From contig JBFWJG010000021.1 in the NCBI GenBank assembly GCA_050253335.1, forward strand, positions 1 to 37,755: a stretch of DNA of 37,755 bases, written 5' to 3'. A model generated the notes under the pieces. It searched no databases, was not told the origin of the DNA, and saw only the letters and a program-made list of their open reading frames with translations. Positions 36,655 through 37,755 of this stretch are shown here, one piece after another. Each line of letters starts with the position of its first letter. The first letter of the stretch is position 1. The stretch comes from Deferribacterales bacterium (lineage in GTDB: Bacteria; Chrysiogenota; Deferribacteres; Deferribacterales; Geovibrionaceae). A program made the position numbers and the translations under genes.

Positions 36655-37755
36655 ATGAAAATCAGCACCAAAATGACCGTTTTCATCAATATTTTTCTCA
36701 TCGCCTGTTTCTCCGTTCTTTTTATGTTCAACGCTAAAAACGCACGGGAAAAAGCATTTGAAGCGGAAATAGACAAGGCGCGCAAAATCATAACCATGGC
36801 CGAGGGGATCAGGGAATATTCCAATTCCCTCATTCACAGCGGAACATTCGATATGGAAGAGCTTAAACAGGATTCCGGCAAACTTGTTCAGATAATACCC
36901 GTTGTTTCCGCCATAAGAGTTTCAGAGGCAAAGGCGGAGCTCACCGGAATGCAGTTCAAAGTGCCTAAGATATCGCCCAGAAACCCGAAAAACATGCCTG
37001 ATGAAGTGGATCTTAAAGCCCTTGAGTACCTTATAAAGACAGATACAAAATCCGGAGACACGCCGGAGCATGTCGTTCACGATTCCGAGAACGGCATAAT
37101 CCGCTATTACAAGGCTGTCCGCCTGACAAAAGAGTGCGAGTGGTGCCACGGAGATCCCGCCACATCCATGGAGCTTTGGGGCAATGACCAGGGTCTGGAT
37201 CCCACGGGAGTGAAGATGGAAGACTGGCGCGCGGGGGAAATACACGGAGCATTTGAGTTCATGATACCCATCGGCCCGATTAACGCCGCCGTGAGCGAAG
37301 TGCTGGCGAAGGACTTCAGCGCCATGGTGGTTATACTCCTTATACTCAGCGTGAGCACGGTTTTCATGAGCCGGAGGGTTCTTTTCAGCAAGCTGAAAGT
37401 TGTGGAAACTAGGCTTAAAAACATCGCCACAGGAAAAGGCGACCTCACAAAATATATGGAGCATAAGGGGAATGACGAACTGGGCGCCATATCTGCAAAT
37501 TTCAATCTTTTCATCAACTACATAAAGTCAATTGTAGTGGATATACAGGAACAGGCGGAATACATACAAAAGGCCACGGAAAAGCTTGACGCAAACATTG
37601 ACGAAATCGGAAAAGGGATCACCGACCAGAAAGCGGACACCGAACAGCTCTCAGCCGCGGTCAGTGAAATGTACGCAAACGTGGAGAGCATAGCGGAAAA
37701 CTCCCGGCTGACTTATCAGAAAGCCGTCCAGACACAGACAGCGTCGGGAAAAGTA
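36655..37755 (+). CDS. Methyl-accepting chemotaxis protein with a periplasmic heme-c (DUF3365-type) sensor, 3'-truncated by window edge and absent from the ORF track
   Basis: My translation from ATG 36655 (RBS GAGGGG): MKISTKM, TM1, PRNPKNMPD, IRYYKAVRLTKECEWCHGD (CxxCH at 37135-37149), GEIHGAF, TM2, HAMP (GKGDLT...NDELG...FNLF), start of the MCP signalling domain. Confidence 0.92.
   Translation, partial: MKISTKMTVFINIFLIACFSVLFMFNAKNAREKAFEAEIDKARKIITMAEGIREYSNSLIHSGTFDMEELKQDSGKLVQIIPVVSAIRVSEAKAELTGMQFKVPKISPRNPKNMPDEVDLKALEYLIKTDTKSGDTPEHVVHDSENGIIRYYKAVRLTKECEWCHGDPATSMELWGNDQGLDPTGVKMEDWRAGEIHGAFEFMIPIGPINAAVSEVLAKDFSAMVVILLILSVSTVFMSRRVLFSKLKVVETRLKNIATGKGDLTKYMEHKGNDELGAISANFNLFINYIKSIVVDIQEQAEYIQKATEKLDANIDEIGKGITDQKADTEQLSAAVSEMYANVESIAENSRLTYQKAVQTQTASGKV

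Noticed and set aside
36594..37517. Minus-strand ORFs listed at the right end
   Set aside because: The real gene is the plus-strand MCP from 36655, missed by the track because it has no stop within the window.

Overview
A mostly housekeeping bacterial chromosomal window. The gene complement and protein style suggest an anaerobic flagellated lineage such as Deferribacterota; this is an inference I cannot verify. Left arm (+ strand): 5'-truncated histidine kinase, FapA/DUF342, uvrA, TPR-AMIN-amidase, CIRCE-controlled groES-groEL, an AT-rich orphan RES-domain gene, an MPG-type DNA glycosylase and a secreted DsrE-like protein. Middle (- strand): a ~12.5 kb non-canonical glycogen/alpha-glucan cluster (receiver protein, NTP-transferase fused to a degenerate PGM/PMM, three different GH57 enzymes, GalT-like HIT enzyme, GlgA with a QTGGL motif, Rho-N/DUF4912 protein) ending in ferritin. 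Right arm: rpe, mltB, a polar amino acid ABC operon led by a 56-aa zinc-ribbon gene missing from the ORF track, a Sel1-repeat protein, a dnaA with no dnaN or DnaA-box cluster beside it, an aminotransferase, der, gltX and a 3'-truncated heme-c (CxxCH) chemoreceptor. The most striking unexplained signal is non-coding: six copies of a structured dispersed repeat with covarying stems, whose hairpin loops read (A)NGGA on the transcribed strand and resemble CsrA/RsmA binding sites. Two copies sit in the leader of the glycogen cluster. There is also a 177-bp MITE-like insert flanked by a 23-bp duplicated terminator and two other palindromic repeat types. No rRNA, tRNA, CRISPR array or transposase gene was recognised.
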